Below, piece by piece: positions 11,461-24,658 of a stretch of 64,000 nucleotides of DNA. The notes under the pieces are model-generated. The model worked only from the letters and a program-made list of their open reading frames with translations. It had not been told where the DNA came from and did no database searches. Positions within the stretch are counted from its first letter, which is position 1; each line of letters starts with the position of its first letter. The translations under genes were made by a program, and so were the position numbers. The DNA comes from Camelus dromedarius (taxonomy: Eukaryota): the NCBI RefSeq assembly GCF_036321535.1, contig NC_087444.1:44082001-44146000 (forward strand), written 5' to 3'.

Positions 11461-14095
11461 GGCCACAGCTCAGATCCATTCCTGGAGGCTAGCCCAGACC
11501 TCACTGGGGTTCCCAGCCCCAGATTACCTCCCTCTCTTCACCTGGGGAAATTTCCAACTGCCGATAAGACCTCTGCTCTGACCATGGGCATACGAGCCTG
11601 CTCTGCTCAGCAAGATGCTTTGCCACAGATAAAGGGATACCAGGAGAGGTGGGGTGTTGGAGAGAAACCAGCCTTCAGAAAGACAGCCTGACCCCTAAAA
11701 CCCCAGAGTTTCCCCAGGGCCCTGAGATCTATACCCATGGCCCCAGAGATGCCACCCGTCCCAATAAGGACACCAGGGGAGTCCCAGTGACTTCCTGTAT
11801 ACTCGTCAGTGACTCCCCCACTCCTGACACCCACTCTAACCTCCCCACCACTACTCTGCCTTCAGGGCCCTGGCTTGTGATGTAATCACCAAGCTCTGTC
11901 AGGTGAGCAGGAGCGGCTGGGGTTGCAGCTCTGGGCTGGGTGCACTTGGAGGACGTTGCTTAACCTCTCTCTGCGCCTTGGGCCATCTATGAAATGAAAA
12001 CAGGCCTTCGCCCTGCTTGCCTTCCAGAGGCAAAGATAGGAGAATGGATAGGGTCTGGAAAGTGCCCTGACAGAGCAGCTGTCTGAGGAGCACTTGTGGG
12101 GCTGGGAGGTTGGTCTCAAGGATCCCCATCTAGGACCTGTGGATTATCCCATCAACTCCTTGCTATGCCCTGTGAGGTAGGAGCCACTTTTTAATGTGGG
12201 TTTTACAGATAAAGGCGGGGTTGGGATGGGGCGAGTGTTAAGTGACACATCTGAGGACATACCCAGGCAGTCGGATCCAGAACTGGGCCCTTTATCTGAT
12301 CCTGGGTAACCTCACTCTCCCTCTGCTCACCTGCACCCCCACTCAGTGGGGATCCTTAGGAAATACAGACCCCTTCCTTGTCAGGGTAAGGGGGAAGTGT
12401 GGAGGGGCATGAAGGGCCACTAGTTGTGACATCTCATGCTCTAGCAGGACCTCAGTCTCAGTCTCCAAGCTCCTTCTGAGAGCTAGTGCTATCCACAAAG
12501 TCAGGAAGTGAGCTCCCCATCTCCAGGGGAAACCAAGGTCATGCTCAGCTGGAGTGTTACAGAAAAGATACTTGTCACATCTGTGGGGAGGACTCAGAGT
12601 TCTCTAAAATCATTTTCTACTTACAGGTTATTCATGTGGGCCATTTTTTACTAATTCACATATGCGTTCACTAAACTGATAACTGCAGAGTAATTCCTTG
12701 GTGCCAAGACCTTCCTTACATTTTCAAAAATAAAATGCCAACAGGGCAGGCAGCAGAGCTGTGACTGGGGATGGGGCTCCAGAGCAGACTGGGTAGGGCA
12801 TCCCAGCTCCACTTCCCAGTCAATTTGCCTCCCTTCACCTTGGTTTGCTTATCTACAAAATGGGGGTGATGGCAGCATCAATCTATGAAGTTGTCATGAA
12901 AATTAAATGAGAAAATGCTAAGTGCTTCCAACAGTGGCTGGCACGTGGTCAGGGCTCAGTCAATGTTCGCCACATCCAAATGCAGAGGGGAGTTCAAGTT
13001 ACTTACTCTATAAGGCCCTTTCCTGTCTTCAGTGTTGCCTCTGTATTGAAAGGCACTGGGCTCTTCCTCCTTTTTGGTCACATCTAGAAGTAGGTGACCT
13101 CCATGGCCAGATGTGGGTTTACAAGCCCACGGCCCTCCCTGTGCTGGGATGGGTAGAGAGGTAGCCAAGGGCATTATCCTGCTTCCCATGAGGAGTTCAT
13201 GCTCCACCATCTGCATCCTTGGTCACATACCCTCTAGGTTCCATCTGTACCCAGTCACCATCTACACTGTCTGAGGATCAGGAGAACTGGTTCCAGTCCT
13301 GGGTCTGTCGCTCACAAGCTCTGTGGTGCTGAGCAGATCAGGGCCCTTCTCTGAGCTTCAGTGTTCCCATCTGTGAAATGGGAATGATATGAGAACCAAT
13401 CCTGCAGTGTTTTCAAATTACATGAGGAGACTTGGGGCAGGGAACCACTCTGAAACCACTTTGCCAACCAAAAGGCTCATTTCACCATCCTAGCCACTCT
13501 GACGGGTTTTGTCCCCACTTTACAGATGAGACTGAGGGTGACCCAGAGAGAGCAAGTCACCCAAGCCCACATGAGTCAGCAGCATCAGGCTGCAACCCTG
13601 GCATTCCGTGACACCGCAGGAGCTGTCCTTGTGCAGTCTCAGGGGGCCTCTCCAGGTTAAGTTGACTGAGTCCTACCAGGGTCAGGATGGGGCAACTGAG
13701 TCACGTCCTCCTGGGGCGTTTTCTGCCAGGCCTCCCCACGTCTCCGTCGAGTCTGCACTCACTGGGTAGCAACCAAACACAGGAAATGGGTACAAACCAG
13801 ATGTTAAGACTGTGGGGGCGGGAGCTGTGGGCCTAGAATGGGGCAGCACATGCCTGGCCTAGCTCTAGGCAAAGAACGGAAGGCATCTCATCACAGCCCC
13901 AGCACAGCCCTGACCTGCCCATGGGTCTCTTACTGAGACCAGGCGTCCATCCTCTCTCCTGATATCCCCACCCCCATCTCTGCCCAGACAAATTCCACTC
14001 TGCCCCCCTTATGGCCAATTTCAAATGCCCTTCCTCCAAGAAGCCCTCTTGGAGTTTTCTCATCCTTCCCCACAGGAAGTCAGCCTCCGAACCTC

Positions 14096-14620
14096 TGCCA
14101 GGCAGGAGGAAATTTCCCCCTCCACTCCTCTTGAGTTCTTGTGGTTGGACTAATAATAAAACTAACACGAGATGGATTAATGGAGAAAAAGAAACAAATT
14201 TTTATTTGTGTGCAGGGAGGTCTGAGAAATGGGGCCTAAGAAGTGGCAAAAGCAGGCAGTTTTAAACTTTTTAGAGAAATTTGTGAGGAATTGACAGGAC
14301 AAAGAAACTTAGGTGTAGGTGCTTAATTAATGAAAAATCTAAACAGAGTTTAGGCCTGGGGTAATAAATTAAAGAACTAACAAGGTTTGTTCATCCAGGC
14401 CTCTGGACCCTGAATTCCCTATCTCTGGCGATAAGGATGTCCTTCCATCTCCAGAGGCAGGAAGGGCACCTTTCACATGAGAGATTTGTTTCCTGCTTTC
14501 AGGCGGATGGAAAGGGGTCAGAGCTTTCTTCCTGCATCAGCTGCTTCTCAAGCACCTTTAGTCCAAAATAATCAATATGCCAGTGTGGCACATTTGGGGG
14601 CAGCCTGTCCCAAGCCCCAA
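14096..14620 (-). mobile_element. ERV solo LTR, 525 bp, flanked by the 6-bp direct repeat AACCTC
   Basis: AACCTC at 14090-14095 and 14621-14626; minus strand ends in CA; minus-strand AATAAA at about 14206; ggcatattgattatttt motif near the 5' end. Confidence 0.75.
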
Positions 14621-14904
14621 AACCTCAAAAGTCCTATAGCACTTAACCTACAAGAATACTAACATCCAATTCTCTTGACACCTCTCTGTGCCAGGCCCTT
14701 TCCTTAAACTCTGCATGGATTGATTCATTTAATCCCCACAACAACCCTACAGAGGGGAGCTATTATTTCAGACAAGAAGACTGAGGCCCAAAGAGATTTG
14801 GTGACCTACCCCAGAGCATATCACCAATAAGTGGCAGAGCCAGGATTTGAACCCATATCTGTGTTGGACCATGATTTGTATCTCTATGCAACTTCTTGGT
14901 AAAA

Positions 14905-16100
14905 GTATTTCATTCATTGATTCAACAAACATTTTCCAAGTGCCCACTAAGTGCCAGGCCTTATGCTAGGCTCTGTGGACATGAGACAGCCACCACCTCT
15001 GCTTTCATGGAGTTTATAGCTTGATGGGGTAAGGGATAAAAGAAAATCAATGAAATAATTAATAGAGTAATTTAATAAGTATGAAGAAAAATGATTACAT
15101 ATAATGGAAAGGCAATGAAGGCAGCAAACCAAAAAACATAAAGGCAGAGATGGCATGCAACAGGGACCTGCTTTAGTCAAGTAATCAGGGAAGGCTTCTT
15201 GTAACAAGGTCCTGATGGATGAGGAAGAGTCGGCCTTGGAAAGACTGGGCCTGAGGCACAGAGTACCAGGCAGAAAGAACAAAATGTGCAAAGGCTCAGA
15301 GTGGGGAATGAGCTCAGAGTGTTGGGGAAGCAGGCAGCTGGTAAGTGTGGCTGGAGCACAGGGGCAAGAGAAATGAGAGCAAAGAGCAGGGTTGTGAAGA
15401 CAAGGAGGGAGGTGCAATCTTGGTCCCAGAGCAGTGGGAAACTATTGGTGGATTTAAGCAGGGGAAGAGGGTATCAATTTTGGGGGGGGGGTGGGGGGGG
15501 TTGTACAGAATTACTTTAATTGGTCAACTTAAATTAGAGTTTTTCTTTTTTTTTTAACATTGTTTTATTGAATTAGAGTCATTTTACAGTGTTGTGTCAA
15601 ATTCCAATGTAGAGCACAATTTTTCAGTTATACATGAATATACATATATTTACTGTCACATTTTTTTTCACTGTGAGCTACCACAAGATCTTGTATATAT
15701 TTCCCTATGCTATACAGTATAATTTTGTTTATCTATTCTACATATGCCTGTCAGTATCTACAAATTTTGAACTCCCAATCTATCCCTTCCCACCCCTCTC
15801 CCCCTTGGCAACCACAAGTTTGCATTCTATGTCTATGAGTCTGTTTCTGTTTTGTATTTATTTTCTTTTTTTTTAGATTCCACATATGAGCGATCTCATA
15901 CAGTATTTTTCTTTCTCTTTCTGGCTTACTTCACTTAGAATGACATTCTCTAGGAACATCCATGTTGCTGCAAATGGCATTATGTTGTCATTTTTAAGGC
16001 TGAATAGTATTCCATTGTATAAATATACATCTTCTTTATCCAGTCAGAGGGTATCAATTTACATTTCAACAAGAGTAGCTAAAGGATTAGGCTCTGTCCT
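14905..16100 (-). mobile_element. L2 fragment split by the L1 insertion
   Basis: ttcattcattgattcaacaaacatt...gtgccaggccttatgctagg; continues after the L1 TSD. Confidence 0.7.
15481..16045 (-). mobile_element. 5'-truncated lineage L1 3' end with 15-bp TSD, inserted in an L2
   Basis: TSD AGAGGGTATCAATTT at 15466-15480 and 16046-16060; T-run at 15540-15555. Confidence 0.9.
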
Positions 16101-16329
16101 GACCAGGTCAAGGCTACTAATAGAGGTAACTAGGCACCAAGCAGGAACCCTGCAGAAGTTCCTCCAGGCAGAGAGTGGGGCGGCCTCCCATTTCCTATAG
16201 GGGGGATACACTGACTCTGGTCCACCCAGGGTAGTTCGTTCCCACAGAGCTGGAAGGCAGTCTGTCTGTCTATCTACCCATCAGCCCTCTGCAGCCTGGG
16301 GTCCAGAACAGGCCTCTCCCATATCACAC

Positions 16330-17500
16330 TAGTATCGAGAGCTAAGTTGTAACTTCTGGCTCTCTACAAATTGTTCGGACATAAATATTGATATTTTCAT
16401 TTACATCAACAAGACAAAAGTGAAACAATGAAGACATGTTGGAACTTCACTTGTTCGTCGATGACATGAATGATTTTTTGCTAAATGGGATAATAGTCCT
16501 TGAATACTGGAATCCTTGCTGACTCAGATAATTGCTTTTGAATACATTGCTGAATGGGATAAGAGTTTTCCTTTGTTTTGTGCTGTTCATGATGTGATGA
16601 CCACAGATGTGACACACTTGATTGAATGTGCCTTGTTAACATTTTCCCCACCACTTCCTTAAGTCTATCTAGATAGTCAGCAAAAAAATAAATCAAGGCC
16701 CAGTTTGTAGCATTTGCAGATCTCCATGGTGTAAACACTCCTGCCACAGCCAATTTCAAGATACAAGCATTGACTGTGGAATTGGAGAGAAGATGTGCTG
16801 TGGCTCACCATTCTATAGCATGTCTACTGTACCAGAGCAGTGGATGTCAATAACCACAAGAGCACAGATGATTCGTGCGCTAGTGCTCCCGTGCGTGACA
16901 AAGTACCNNNNNNNNNNNNNNNNNNNNNNNNNNNNNNNNNNNNNNNNNNNNNNNNNNNNNNNNNNNNNNNNNNNNNNNNNNNNNNNNNNNNNNNNNNNNN
17001 NNNNNNNNNNNNNNNNNNNNNNNNNNNNNNNNNNNNNNNNNNNNNNNNNNNNNNNNNNNNNNNNNNNNNNNNNNNNNNNNNNNNNNNNNNNNNNNNNNNN
17101 NNNCTCTTGCCTTAATCTTTATATGACATTCTCCCTGTGTCTGTGTCCAAGTGTCCCCCTTTTATAAGGACACCTGTCATATTGGGTTAGGGCCCACCCA
17201 AATGATCTCAGATAAACTTGATTCCCTCTCTAAAGATCCCCATCTCCAAATAAGGTCACAAATGGAAATACTGAGGGTTAGGACTCCAACGTATGAATGG
17301 ATTGGTGGGTCACAATTCAACCTATATCAATAGATAATAACAAAATGTGACATCATAATTAGACAGTAGTCTATTTTGAGTATTTATTGCTATTTTTAAT
17401 ATAATTAAGTTTATGTTATTTAATTCCTAATAGTGGCTGTGTTTACCAACCAACAACCAGCTCTTGCAAGCCAGTACAAACAGGCTCCAACACACCAATG
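16330..17500. mobile_element. hAT DNA transposon relic (Zaphod/Arthur1-like), interrupted by an MLT1 LTR
   Basis: ccatggtgtaaacactcctgccacagccaatttcaag and the terminal gcaagccagtacaaacaggctccaacacaccaatg; subfamily tentative. Confidence 0.55.
16908..17330 (+). mobile_element. MLT1-type MaLR LTR (5' part is N)
   Basis: ggacacctgtcatattgggttagggcccaccc...ccaaataaggtcaca...cacaattcaacctatatca matches an MLT1 3' end. Confidence 0.8.
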
Positions 17501-20500
17501 GCTCTTGCCTCCCCTCAGCCCTGTCCCAAACCCCAGCTGACCTATAGGCTCAGATGACGGACAGGTCTGGAAAGTGGGTTTAAGTCCTGAACATCTTCTC
17601 TGAGGAACCTGAGAACCTGGGCTTCTGACCAGGGAGGGGCTCCTGAGGAAAGGATGCTCCCATGACAAGCTGGGTTCACAGGGCTGCCTAACCCTAACTT
17701 CCAAGAGCTGGGAACAGTCCAAATGCCCAGCACCAGGAAATCGCTCAGAAAGCACAGCCCAGCTCTGCACCCCTGCGGTGACCAATCATCTCTATTTGCC
17801 CAGGACTGTCTGTTTTAGTTCTGGGTCCCAGGAAATGCCTCAGTCCCTGACAAACTGGACAGTTGGCCATCCCCACTCATTCATATGGTAATGACAAAAA
17901 AAATGCTTATAAATACTAAATTCAGTGAAAATAAGAAGAAAACAAAGGTGGCATCTTCACCCGTCCCAGGGACCTGTTTCTCTGCTCTGAGACAGGGCTG
18001 GTACCGAGGGACCACTCAGAAACTGCAGAGTCAGTGGTGGCAAATTTGTGTCTCTGGGTCCAGCTTACGAGTAAGTGTGGGACACTGGAGCCGGTTCAAT
18101 TTCAGCTCTACCACACACTTGCTGTGTGACCTTGGGGAGGTGACCCAGCAGCTCTGTGCCTCAGTGTCCCCATCTGTAACCTGTTCCTACCCTCTTGGGT
18201 GGTTGTGTAGCTTCAGTGAGATCAATCACAGAAAGCACCGTGCTGGGCGTGCTGCAAGCACTTGAGCGATGCTGTTAGGAAGCAAAGTCAGTTGGAAGGA
18301 TTGTGGGTGTTCTTTTCCATTTTAGAATTATTTCCATTATGGCTGCTCTAAAGTTGTTTGCACAATACAATCAAAGCAAAACAAAAAGCATACATATCTG
18401 CGGACATGGATGTATATAAATAGAGCCTGAAACCAAATGTTACACTGGTTGTGGGGTGGGGAGTGAGGGGCTGCTCCCCGGATGCGGTGGCTGGCCCCAA
18501 AGCTTGCCATTAGAACAGCTGACAGGAGATGCAGCTGAGGCCTCGCTGAGGTTACCCCAAACCATGTCAGAGCTAAAACCTGAGCAGGCAGCTCCAGTTG
18601 AGGAAAGAGGAGGCAGGCAGTCTCCTGAGTCAGAGAGGGTGTCTTTTGTTTCCGGGGAAGCCCAGCACAGGCACGACTCAGCCCCACCCCCACAGCTGAC
18701 ACAGATTCCATTCCCCTCAGCCCTCACCTTGTCTTGCAGACAGCAACTTGGGACTGCCATGTCCCCACAGGTAGGAAGGTCTGCTCCTGTACACAGAAGG
18801 GGCAGCCACGCTCTCCCAATCTGCTTTTTCATTTGTCTCTGAACTCCTAACCTAGTATGAAGTATGTCTTGTGCAGGGTGGGCAGAGGGAGCAGTACCTA
18901 GGGTACAAAAAGGTGCCAATAACCCTGCACCTCACTCTAACCCGCCTGGGACTCTGATGCAGACTCTGTTATTATCTCATCTCAAAGTCAAAACAAAACA
19001 AACCACAAGGCTCAGAGAGCAGAATGTTACTTGCCCTGGAAAGTAGCAAAGCCAAGATGTGTAGCCAGACCTACCAGGCTGCCGTGCCCACTGGCTTAAC
19101 GACTGAGCCATCCTCTCCCTGGGCACATGACACCTGGCTGAAGCCCAGGTGACTGGCATGGCAGGCAGCATGCTGAAGCTGAGTTTGTAGGCTGGAGCTG
19201 GGCTCTCAACTCTGTCCAGGCTCACCAGGTGACCTTGGTCAAGTCCCTTCCTGTCTCTGTGCTTCAGTCTCATTGTCTGGGGAAGCTGATGGCTGAACTG
19301 GAGCAGGAGTTACAAACCACAGCGCCCCCCCACCCCCCGCCCAGGGCCAAACAGGGCAAGCTCATGAGAACAGGAGGGAAGTCAGGGGTGGGGGGAAGAC
19401 CATAGGTAGTGGAGAAGCCTGGGTTGAACTAGAGAGTACGGGCCATCTTGGGGAGTGCTGCCCAGCACCAGCCAAATGTCACTTGAAGGGATTTGGGCCC
19501 AGTGTGGCCTGATCCTTCAGTTTTTTGAGAAGAGTCAGAAATCTGATTTTTATATGACAATCTAAATTGTTAACAGTTAAGATTTAATTCAAATAGATTT
19601 AAAGCCCTTTGAGAGTCAAAGCCTATATAGAGCCAGACACTGCCCATTGGTCTCCAGCTGACAACCCCCGGACTCCATGTCAGACCCTTTGGTGTTCCCC
19701 AATATCCACTGGCCCCCTTCTAATGGAATAGAACCTCATGTTTTTAGCTGGGTTCATAGCTTCCCAGAATAAAGACATCATTTCCCAGTTTCCCTTGCAG
19801 CTAAGTGTGGCTACACAAGTGCATCTATCTGCCCAATAGGGAGATCACAGAAGCTAACATCTATATGGGTCATGTGCTGTTGTAAACACATTACTATGGC
19901 AACACCTTAAGGCTCACAGTAGCCCCACAGCAGATACTATCTTATCCACTTTTTCTAGATGAGGAAAATGAGGCAGATGCTCAAGTTCACACAACCAGAG
20001 AGGAACAAGGCCAGGATTCTCCCCCAGGCAATCAGCCTTCCTATCTCGGAGGGTCCTGTCCCTCCAAAGGAGTGTGGGCTTGGCAGTAGAAGGAATAGAG
20101 TTCCAGACAAGGCCACATGTCCTCTGGTCCCCAGCACAGAATCTGGCCTGGCCAAGAGGCCCCCTCCCCAGTGAGGGGGCAGGAGAGCACCGTGGATAAG
20201 AGCCCAGACTCTGGAGCCCCCACGATAAGCAGTCACTCCTGTGTAAGCCTCCAGTGCCTCAGTGTCCTCTGTCTCTAAAGTGGGCACATCAGGAGCTCAT
20301 GCCTCGCAGGCATAAAGGTGCATGTAAAGCACTAAGCCCGGGGCCTGGCAGAGGCTGAGGGCTGGAAGGTTCAGGACTGTTCTAGCCCAGCTGACCCACC
20401 AGGAAACCAGGGAGAGTTTGAGTCTTGAGGGGCCTGTAGGGATGTCTCAGCCCACTTGTGTCCAGGCAGGCACCCGCAAGGGCTCAGAAAGCGTGTGTCC

Positions 20501-20558
20501 TAAGCTCCTCCCCAGAGCAGCCCTGGCCTGACCCTGAATCTGCAGGGCTCCCAGGGGG

Positions 20559-21201
20559 CCTCAAGGAACCCCTGCTGGGACGTGAGGACCAGACTGGCAG
20601 AGGACAAGCTTGGAGAGGCTGAGGCCCAGCCAGGATCACCCCCACCCCATTTAAAAGGCCCCTCTGTGCCAGTCCTGCCCTGCCCCCACCTGCCATCTGC
20701 CTGGTCTCTGGGGTCTTGGTCCCCTCAGCTGCTGGGTTTGCTCACATGATGCCCCATCTGCTGTGAGTCAGAACGAGGGGTTCACTGGGCTGCCTGGAGG
20801 ATGGGATAGGGGGTGCTAAGCCCTGCAATTCAGGAAGAGGAGGAGGCATTGAGGTTTGGGACTGTGGGCCTACATTTCCCCCATCCCCCTACCTGCACCC
20901 CCAACATCCCCACTGCCTCCTCCATGCCATCCCTCAGGGCCCTGCCACATAGAGAAGCCACCTTTATCCCTGAGAGGGGCGCAGCCTCTACCACCCACCC
21001 CCACACTGCTCTTGCTGAGGATGAAGTAACCCGGGGTCCAGCTCAGCTGGAACACAGTCCATGTGACCCCCTTGGTGGCTGTCCCTGCCCTTCCCCCACC
21101 ATCTTTGTCAGGTTCTGCAAGGAAAACCACCCCACAACACACAGACCTGACCACAGCTCTGCCGCCTCTTTCACCTGCCTTTTCCCTGGGCTGGGCGGCC
21201 A
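20559..21201 (-). promoter_or_regulatory. Duplicated promoter-like module, copy 2; probable distal ADGRG1 promoter
   Basis: 83-217 aligns to 20639-20773 with 4 mismatches and no indels; 406-613 aligns to 21008-21201 at lower identity. Confidence 0.6.
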
Positions 21202-22920
21202 CCTCCCGCTCTGCCCCAGCCCTGCATTTCCTTGTTTTCCCCACTCAGACTGCTTCTCTCCAGGCTGAAGAGGCCTCCACGTCTGGACTCCTGGGTACTC
21301 ATCCCATGGCAGCTGTGTGACCTCTAGCAAATCACTGCCCTCTCTGGGCACCTCTGCATCCAGACCCAAGGCCTCCCGCCGCAGTTTCTGAGTTAACTGG
21401 TTTTGGATGGTACCCAGCATTAGTAATTTTTTTTACGCCTCTCCCACCAAGTGACTCAACTCTAGTGTCAGGGAAGGGGGAGGGTGGTGTTTTCTTCCCG
21501 AGGGTCAGGTGTCAGGCTCCCATTTCTCCACCTGCCTCAGTCACTGGCTCAGCCTCTCCCCTGGAGGTGTAGGGTACCTGGAGGCAATGATCCGGAAGGA
21601 AGAGGCCCCAGAGGGTCAAAGTCTGGGCCCGTCAGCAGTAGACAATGAAACCCTGGCTGGCCAAACACTCAGAGGCTGCACCTGCTGCTCCACAAACACG
21701 CCTCTGAGCAGCAGGAGCCGCAGGGTCAGCCTCCAGCAGGCACTCAGCCAGGCCCACCCCACCCCAGCCCTGTTGAGCTTCTGCCAGAGTGAGAGGGGCC
21801 GCTACAGGCCAAGAATGCAGCACAGTCACCCATGGGGTGGGCCACAAGACATCACAGAAACAGCCCAGCCCTGGAGACATGCAGACCAGGGGTCCTGTCC
21901 CCCTTCCATCACTGACTTGCAGTGACCTTGGGCAAGTCCCTTTCGACTGAGCTGCAGTGGGCCTTTTCTTAGCAACAATACGGTAAATAAAGTGCCCAGC
22001 CCAGGGTCCAGCCTAGAGTTAGAGCAGCAAACAGCACCACAACAGGAAGAGAAAAAAAAAAAAAGATAAGCTGTTTCTTCTTTCCAGTGCTTGCTGAAGT
22101 CAATAAATAATGTGAAGGTTAATAAATCAAGAAATAGCAGTAAAAGCATGTTATTTATTGCCATAGAGGTAACCACACATGAATTAAAACTGTTAAGTGG
22201 TTGGCTCTGAGGAAGGGGTTTTCAGGAAACTGGGCCTTTTGATAAGTAAGTCCTTTATTACCAGTTCATGTTTTTTAATATCTATTTCTTAAAAGTATTT
22301 ATTAAAAAGTGACTCAGCCTCTCCAATGTTGTTTTGAGAGGTCACCACTCTTAACAGAAGTATTTGGGGCTGATAAGGCCAAAATCAGTTCAAGTGCTCA
22401 AGATGTAGAGTCAGGCTGCTGGGGTTCAAATCCGTGCTCTGCAACTTGACTAGCGTGCCACCTTGGGCAAGTTACTTAACCATTCTGTGCCTCAATTTCC
22501 TCATCTACATTCCATGCTGCTGGCATATATAACTGTGAGACATTATTATTATGGATCTATAACTCATATATGCAATTGGTTTAAAAAAATAAGATCATTA
22601 TGCTATACATAGTTTTTTGTAACTTGCTTTCTTTTTTCTTGCCAAGATATAATGGATATCATTCCAGATCAGTACGTAGAGTCCTATTTCATTCTTTCTA
22701 ATTGAGGCAAGAATTCCATTGCACAGAATGTAGAACTGATTTATCCATAACTTCCTACTGAAGGAAATTTAGGCAGTTTCCAATTTTTAGTACAATATGC
22801 TTTGCAGCAATGAACATATATTTTGGGGCACATGTGTGGCTATTTCTGAAGAATAGATTCCTAAGAGAGGAACTGCTGAGTCAGAGTTTGTGCAGTTAAA
22901 ACTTCTATAAACTTTTATAG

Positions 22921-23028
22921 CTCAGTAGTAGAGTATGCATGAGGTCCTGGGTTCAATCCCCAGTACCTCCGTTAAAAAATAAATTAAAATAAGCCTAATT
23001 ACCTCCCCACAAAAAAATTAAAGAAAAA
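22921..23028 (+). mobile_element. Camelid Vic-type tRNA-derived SINE with 12-bp TSD, inside an old minus-strand L1 fragment (about 22520-23900)
   Basis: ctcagtagtagag...gaggtcctgggttcaatccccagtacctcc...cctaattacctcccc; TSD AAACTTTTATAG at 22909-22920 and 23029-23040. Confidence 0.88.
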
Positions 23029-24571
23029 AAACTTTTATAGATACTACTAAATTGCCCTCCTTAAATAGTACCCATTTAGATTCCCACCAATACTGTGCGG
23101 AAGTGCCGATTTTTCCCATACTCACACCAATGTTTCTTAACTTTTGCTGATCTGGAGAGGGCTAATGTCATTATTTTCATGTACCTATCTATAATTGTGA
23201 AGGAGATCAAATACCTTTTCATATTTTACTTTCCACTTTGTTTTCTTCTTGTGTGAAACAAATGTGTACATCCCTTACCCATTTTCAATTGGGCTTTTTG
23301 TCCCTGATTTATTTTTCTGACAGGTTTGTAGGACCTCTTTTCATATTAAAAATCTTAATTCTTTGAATGTATATGCATGACTAGAACATTGCGCTGTACA
23401 CCAGAGATTGACATGTTGTAATTGCCTGTACTTCAATTAAAAAAAAAAACAGAAAAAAAACAGAAAAAACTTAATTCTTTATTACATATGAGCCAACATT
23501 TTCCAGTGATCTACTGCATACCTTTTAGCTAAATTCTCTATGTCTTTAGTCATAAAAAGTTTCACATTATTTTTTGTCAAACATCTTTATGAATTTCGGC
23601 CTTTGTGTCTTAGCTTTTTCTGGTTGGAATTTATTTAAAATATTCTTCTATATTTTATTTTAATACTTCTATAGTTTTTCTTTAACATTTAATCCATCCA
23701 TCTTTAATCCATCTGGAGTGCTTATAAGTGTATATATGGCATGAGGTAGGAATCTAATTTTATTTCCTTCTAAATGAAGAACCAATTGTCCCAAACAATA
23801 CTTATTGATTAATCCATCCTTTCCTGGCTGACTCATGATGTCCCTCTGCCAAATGTAACTCTGACATTTTAAGCACCCTTGTTGAGACTGGCACATGACA
23901 GAACTCTATAAAATGTTGACTTTGGAAGTAACTGAAGTGACAGCTAAGTGACACCAGCATACACTATCATGCAGCAAAGCACAGGTCTCAGAAGTTAGAA
24001 CTGGCAGTGAATATGAGTGGCCCCTGACATAAATGCATATTTGTGACTTTGGTTTTTATATTGTTTTCAAATTGGCTTTATCTACCTGCAATAAAATTTC
24101 CACATTTTAAGTGTACAAGTTGATGGCTTGACAAATGTGCATGCTCATATAGCAAACACCCCAATCAAGATATAGAGCCTTTTCGTCTTTCCAGAAAGTT
24201 CCTTCATGCCCCTTTGCAGTCAACTTCCTCTCCACTCCCACCGCAGGCAACTATGATTCTAAACTGTGTGCATGTAGTACATTGATAACATTTTTAGAGA
24301 TATAAATAACCCAGCTGCAGCAGGAGCCTGTTGGCTGTGGAGGAAGACCAACTTCCCCTCTGGGAAAGGACTACTCTCTTGAGACTGACAAACACCTCCT
24401 TGGACTTGTTTGGTTAAGGAGGGTAGGGGGTCAAGGGGGTGACAGGGGAACCCAGGCCAGGTCTCCTCAACTTCAGGCAGGCAAGTTTGTCGTTTTTCCC
24501 TCCAAGTCTAGAAATCAAATCTGCCAAACATTCACTTAATATTTTCTTTTAGAACTATGGATCTTTTTAAA

Positions 24572-24658
24572 AACATTTTTTGATGGAGGTATTGGGGATT
24601 GAACCCAGAACCTCATGCATGCTAAGCATGCGCTCTACCACTGGGCTGTACCCACCCC
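24572..24658 (-). mobile_element. Vic-type SINE
   Basis: Reverse-strand A/B-box body; imperfect 18-bp TSD at 24554-24571 and 24659-24676 (2 mismatches). Confidence 0.85.

Noticed and set aside
16908-17103. N-runs (also 32292-32447, 32601-32774, 43731-43876, 59681-60059, 61569-61700) as hidden features
   Set aside because: Each falls inside a recognisable repeat (MLT1, L1, Tigger); they are masking or gaps with no readable content.
19890-19903. Second X-box-like site ATTACTATGGCAAC
   Set aside because: Only one good half-site, and it lies among old repeat remnants.
22921-23028. tRNA gene calls for the A/B-box elements (also 24572-24658 and 52205-52305)
   Set aside because: They have SINE bodies, A-rich tails, TSDs for two of the three and no complete cloverleaf, so they are SINEs.
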